DNA of 64,000 bases from Candidatus Altimarinota bacterium. Lineage in GTDB: Bacteria > Patescibacteriota > Gracilibacteria > UBA1369. Made by a program: the position numbers and the translations under genes. Under the pieces are notes generated by a model that ran no database searches, had not been told where the DNA came from, and saw nothing but the letters and a program-made list of their open reading frames with translations. Where the stretch lies: NCBI GenBank assembly GCA_963677745.1, contig OY782391.1, forward strand, positions 1,248,001-1,312,000. The letters are read 5' to 3'. Shown piece after piece: positions 60,662-64,000 of this stretch (within the stretch, counting starts at the first letter, position 1; every line of letters starts with the position of its first letter).

Positions 60662-62221
60662 ATGCTTCGAAGAAAAGGCGGGCCGGCCTTGTGGCTGGCC
60701 CAGGTAGTGACGAACCTGAGACGACCGCTGACAACGCCTCTGGGCCTCAGCATCTCTCTCACCATCGCAGCGCCGGCCGCCCTCGCGGGCTTGACCGGCT
60801 GCGAAAACAATCCGAGTCCGGCCGCGTGCTTGAACAGCGGCGACCCGTTCTGCGACCAAGAGCTGGACAACAACGGCAACGGCGGAACGGGCAACTCGGG
60901 GGCCGGCGGCAACACCAACGTGGCCTGTGCCGACAACCCCAACTACGGGAAGGACTGCCAACTCCCCGGGGGCGGCGTTGGCCACTGGGTCTGCGCCGGC
61001 AACGGCATCGACCTCGTCTGCGCCGGAAGCGGCACAGGCGGCAGCGGTGGTGGCGCAGGCGGCAACACGGCCGGCAACGGCGGGTCTGGTGGTGGCGAGT
61101 ATAACTGCGCCACGGACCCGAACAACGGCGATCCGTGCATCGCGGCTGATGGCACCAACGGCCACTGGGGTTGCAACGGGACGGGCTCTGCCCTGTTCTG
61201 TTACTCAGATGGCGGTGCCGGAGGCTCTGGCGGGACGGGCGGAGGCGGGCAGTACAACTGCGCCGACGACCCGCAGCTTGGCACCCCCTGTACGACCAGC
61301 GATGGGCATCAGGGCGCCAAGGTCTGCAACGTCTCCGGCACGGGGCTGGTCTGCCAGTGCACGGTCAACTGCAACGGAACGGGCGGCTCGGGCGGCGGCG
61401 GAACGGGCGGTAGCGGCGGTGGGGAGACCTACAACTGCTTGACCGATCCCGATCTCGGCGACATCTGCGTGATGGGCGTCGGGATCTGCAGCCGCACGGG
61501 CATGTATGTCTGCAACGCGGCCGGCGATGGCCTGCGCTGCAGCACCAATGCGGGTTCGCCCAACCCGGTCGGAGAGGTCTGCGCCAACGGCCTCGACGAT
61601 AACTGTGATGGAGCCAAGGACGAACAGCCCTGCGTCAACGGTGGCGGGGGCGGCTCCGGCGGCACGGGCGGCGGTGGTGGATCGGGAGGCAGCGGAGGAG
61701 CACTCAGCTGCACGGACGCCAGCTCGATGCAGGTGATGGCGGTGGGCGCAAGTTCGCTGCACATCCTGCTGATGGGCCAGGCAGTCTCCAATTCCAATCC
61801 GTGGATCAAGACGCTGACCAACAACCAGCTCTTCACCGCGTCTTCGGAAGGCGGGCTGTCTCTCTCCACCACGGCTGGCTCCTTCAACTACTTCGAGCCC
61901 AACGTCGGGGGCGGAGGTGATCCAATGCCGATGGTAGACACGCTCTACTGCCGGCAGATCGGCATCGATCCTCCCGTCCCGGCGAGTTGCAATGCGACGG
62001 TGATCGGCGATCGGCACAGCACGGAGTACATGGCGTCGCTGCGCATCGCCTGGCAGTGCTGGGACGACACCAGCACCTGTCCGATCGAGCTGATCGGACA
62101 TGTCCCGGGCGATCTGTTCGCTCTGCGTGGCAAGCCTGCCCCCGGCACTCCCCTGAGCCTCCCCGACTACGGCTACGAGGAGTTCGGCCTCGGTCAGGTC
62201 CCCCCGCTCTGCGCGCCGTAG
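60662..62221 (+). CDS. high-GC Cys/Gly-rich lipoprotein with a MopE-like putative metal-binding motif (myxobacterial type)
   Basis: SD GGAGG; lipobox LTGC; four Cys-rich repeats separated by GGSGG linkers; EVCANGLDDNCDG. Confidence 0.8.
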   Translation: MLRRKGGPALWLAQVVTNLRRPLTTPLGLSISLTIAAPAALAGLTGCENNPSPAACLNSGDPFCDQELDNNGNGGTGNSGAGGNTNVACADNPNYGKDCQLPGGGVGHWVCAGNGIDLVCAGSGTGGSGGGAGGNTAGNGGSGGGEYNCATDPNNGDPCIAADGTNGHWGCNGTGSALFCYSDGGAGGSGGTGGGGQYNCADDPQLGTPCTTSDGHQGAKVCNVSGTGLVCQCTVNCNGTGGSGGGGTGGSGGGETYNCLTDPDLGDICVMGVGICSRTGMYVCNAAGDGLRCSTNAGSPNPVGEVCANGLDDNCDGAKDEQPCVNGGGGGSGGTGGGGGSGGSGGALSCTDASSMQVMAVGASSLHILLMGQAVSNSNPWIKTLTNNQLFTASSEGGLSLSTTAGSFNYFEPNVGGGGDPMPMVDTLYCRQIGIDPPVPASCNATVIGDRHSTEYMASLRIAWQCWDDTSTCPIELIGHVPGDLFALRGKPAPGTPLSLPDYGYEEFGLGQVPPLCAP

Positions 62222-62390
62222 CAGAGCACAATCGGAGCTTGAGCCCATCGCCGGGTTCGCTCCTACTTCACTTCCTAAACGTGGTGCACGCGGCCGCGAC
62301 CTGCAAAGGTTCGCGGCCAAGCACTTTCGCCTCGACTGGTAGTCTGGGTCTTCCCTCATGGAGGACGCCGGAACTCGTCGTGGCTTAACC

Positions 62391-62432
62391 AAAGGCCCCG
62401 CCCATTGCGAAAGCGATGTGGCGGGGCCTTTT
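62391..62432 (+). terminator. intrinsic terminator of high-GC unit 1
   Basis: AAAGGCCCCGCC CATTGC-GAAA-GCGATG T GGCGGGGCCTTTT; GC content falls abruptly afterwards. Confidence 0.9.
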
Positions 62433-62464
62433 CAAATCTATTTAAAAAATCTCTCACAAAAGAC

Positions 62465-62562
62465 TTTACAAAACAATTATAATATGTTAAAACATGATCT
62501 TGCTTTGAATCTAATAAATTAGGTTCCTGGCAGAATCTTTGAAAACTCATTGGATAAAGGCA
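62465..62562 (+). promoter_or_regulatory. promoter + 5' hairpin + boxA-like element of high-GC unit 2
   Basis: TTTACA-17-(TG)TAAAAC; ATCTTGCT hairpin; TCTTTGAAAACT; ATAAAGGCA. Confidence 0.7.
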
Positions 62563-62770
62563 TCGGGATAACCGAATTGTTTCTAACAGAAAACAGGAGC
62601 TACGCATCTAGAAAATCAGCAACGACCTGCGCTTAGAAACAGCCCGGTTATCCCGATCATATCGGAAAAATCTTACCGGCGTCGCATCAGATGCCGGCGT
62701 CAGTGTCAGTAATAGTAGTCAACGTCCGTCTCAAATTTGGTCGCGCCTGAAAGCCGCGACTCACCAGTTA
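62562..62770 (+). ncRNA. candidate structured 5' leader RNA, unit 2
   Basis: 13-bp stem 62562-62574/62645-62657 plus 9-bp stem 62578-62586/62633-62641; further hairpins before SD AGGAGG. Confidence 0.55.
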
Positions 62771-62786
62771 CCAGGAGGAAACAGTC

Positions 62787-63527
62787 ATGAAGAAGAATAC
62801 ATGGATGGTGGTTGCGATTCTCGCCATGGCCGCTCTCACTTTCGCGAGTGGATGCGGCGACGGGGATTCGGCAACGTTCCCCAACCCCGACTACTGCCCG
62901 CCCGGCGAAACCTGCGAAGATGCAGGCGGCGGTGGCAGCGCGGGCGGCAACGTCCTCAACCCCGGCAGCGGTGGCAACGATCAGTCTCCGGGCACCTGCG
63001 AGAGCGTACCCGACACCGCCGACTTCCGCAGCTTCAAAGGCTGCATGACGGGCGTGGATCTGTCGGTGACCTGGCGGACGGGCGACCACAAGGAATTCCA
63101 CCTTGCTGGCAAGCGGTACCCGGAAACCGGCGTGGAGCAGGGTGAGATCGTCTACTTGAAGAGCACCCCCGACGATTGCGGCCCCGTGACATTCGTTGCT
63201 GTCAGCAGCAGCGGGTCGGTCGAGTTCGCCTTCCCTGAGACGGTGGACTGGTTCGTGGTTGACACGAGCATGGCCAGCATCATCTGGATGAAGTTGCACA
63301 ACGGTGCAGCTCCCAGTGACGCAGACATGCAGTCAGCCGAGTTCGGCAGCCTGGCGATCGACATCTTCGAGTGTGTGGAGTTGAACTCCAACTGCTCCCT
63401 GAAGTCGACCCTGCCGGGCGGCTGGCCGACCAGCGACGGCGACGAGATCGTGTTCGAAGAGGGCGCCGGTCTCAACGTCGAGGGCAGTGAGTGCGGCAAT
63501 CTGATTGTCGTCGCCCGAACCCGCTAA
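62787..63527 (+). CDS. high-GC lipoprotein (myxobacterial style)
   Basis: SD AGGAGG; lipobox FASGC; Gly-rich linker; Cys-containing acidic domain. Confidence 0.8.
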   Translation: MKKNTWMVVAILAMAALTFASGCGDGDSATFPNPDYCPPGETCEDAGGGGSAGGNVLNPGSGGNDQSPGTCESVPDTADFRSFKGCMTGVDLSVTWRTGDHKEFHLAGKRYPETGVEQGEIVYLKSTPDDCGPVTFVAVSSSGSVEFAFPETVDWFVVDTSMASIIWMKLHNGAAPSDADMQSAEFGSLAIDIFECVELNSNCSLKSTLPGGWPTSDGDEIVFEEGAGLNVEGSECGNLIVVARTR

Positions 63528-63590
63528 GCCTTACAGGCGAAGCGGGGACGGGTCCTGTCCTCCTCCGCAGAGCGCGCCCCCGCTCAGCCG

Positions 63591-63655
63591 CCGCACACCC
63601 CTCCACTCAGGCAACTGAAAAGGCCTGGGTGGAGGGGGAATGCGGATTTTCCTTT
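63591..63655. terminator. terminator of high-GC unit 2
   Basis: CCCCTCCACTCAGGC...GCCTGGGTGGAGGGG stem extended by CCGCA/TGCGG, then a T-rich tail. Confidence 0.8.
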
Positions 63656-63709
63656 CATCCTTTATCCAATGAGTTTCTCCTTCCAAATTTAAATCCCAAT
63701 CAACCTCTT

Positions 63710-64000
63710 TCAGGTTTCTTCCCGTTGAGTCAGCTTGAGATTGTAAATTTCTTCATCAGTATATTCACCTTTTTCAGGCTGTCTCGTATTCTGGCTATTG
63801 TTAATATTTGTCACAATAAGCGGCTTCTGACGCTCGGAAAGTAGTGAACTTAAAATTTGTTCGCGCTTTAGCAGGTTCAACAGATAGCCCCCGTATCCGC
63901 TTTTCAATGTTCTTTCCGCCAGCAGCCGTAACTGATTGGCATCAATATATTCCATTTTATAGGCCACCTCCTCAATACAGCCGATTTTAATATCCTGTCT
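63710..64000 (-). CDS. rfbA: glucose-1-phosphate thymidylyltransferase, C-terminal part (runs off the window)
   Basis: RQDIKIGCIEEVAYKMEYIDANQL...KSGYGGYLL matches the RmlA/RfbA C-terminus. Confidence 0.88.
   Translation of the reverse strand, partial: RQDIKIGCIEEVAYKMEYIDANQLRLLAERTLKSGYGGYLLNLLKREQILSSLLSERQKPLIVTNINNSQNTRQPEKGEYTDEEIYNLKLTQREET

Noticed and set aside
59357-62392. Long antisense ORFs (602 aa and 395 aa) in the high-GC region
   Set aside because: These are shadow frames expected from high GC3; the sense ORFs carry the SD sites, signal peptides and motifs
1-64000. CRISPR array, IS/transposase, prophage, rRNA
   Set aside because: No regularly spaced repeats and no recognisable transposase, phage or rRNA sequence
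1-64000. Alternative genetic code 25 (UGA=Gly), as in Gracilibacteria
   Set aside because: Conserved genes are intact under code 11, and several genes (e.g. csaB, the zincin) end at TGA at plausible lengths

Overview
This 64-kb window looks like a small-genome Patescibacteria (CPR) chromosome, possibly Peregrinibacteria-like. That assignment is inferred from a DUF5663-like protein, VirB2-like pilin repeats, genes lacking Shine-Dalgarno (SD) sites, extended -10 promoters, and TGA used as stop (code 11). Housekeeping genes are rplA, rplK, nusG, secE, gpmI, nth, rpmA, sixA, tig, rplS, rnhB, csaB, a partial rfbA, tRNA-Gln and tRNA-His. Four accessory blocks lie among them. (1) Four large secreted surface proteins (673-2201 aa) have variable N-termini but share an indel-free 528-bp WxL-like/pilin-like C-terminal cassette showing mosaic gene-conversion patterns; three of them split the secE-nusG-rplK-rplA operon. 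(2) A locus of triple-pilin and pilin/PKD genes. (3) A run of large orphan, effector-like proteins, including a Pro-rich metallophosphatase. (4) The most striking block: high-GC, SD-led, myxobacterial-style lipoprotein and beta-barrel genes (59.2-63.5 kb, with a similar unit at 33.8-34.9 kb). The two 59-63 kb units start at AT-rich native promoters followed by a shared leader (ATCTTGCT 5' hairpin, boxA-like element, ATAAAGGCA, long closing stem) and end in GC-rich terminators; the 33.8-kb unit shares only part of this leader. This may be an undescribed system of host-adapted transcripts. All family assignments come from motif recognition by eye, not from database searches.
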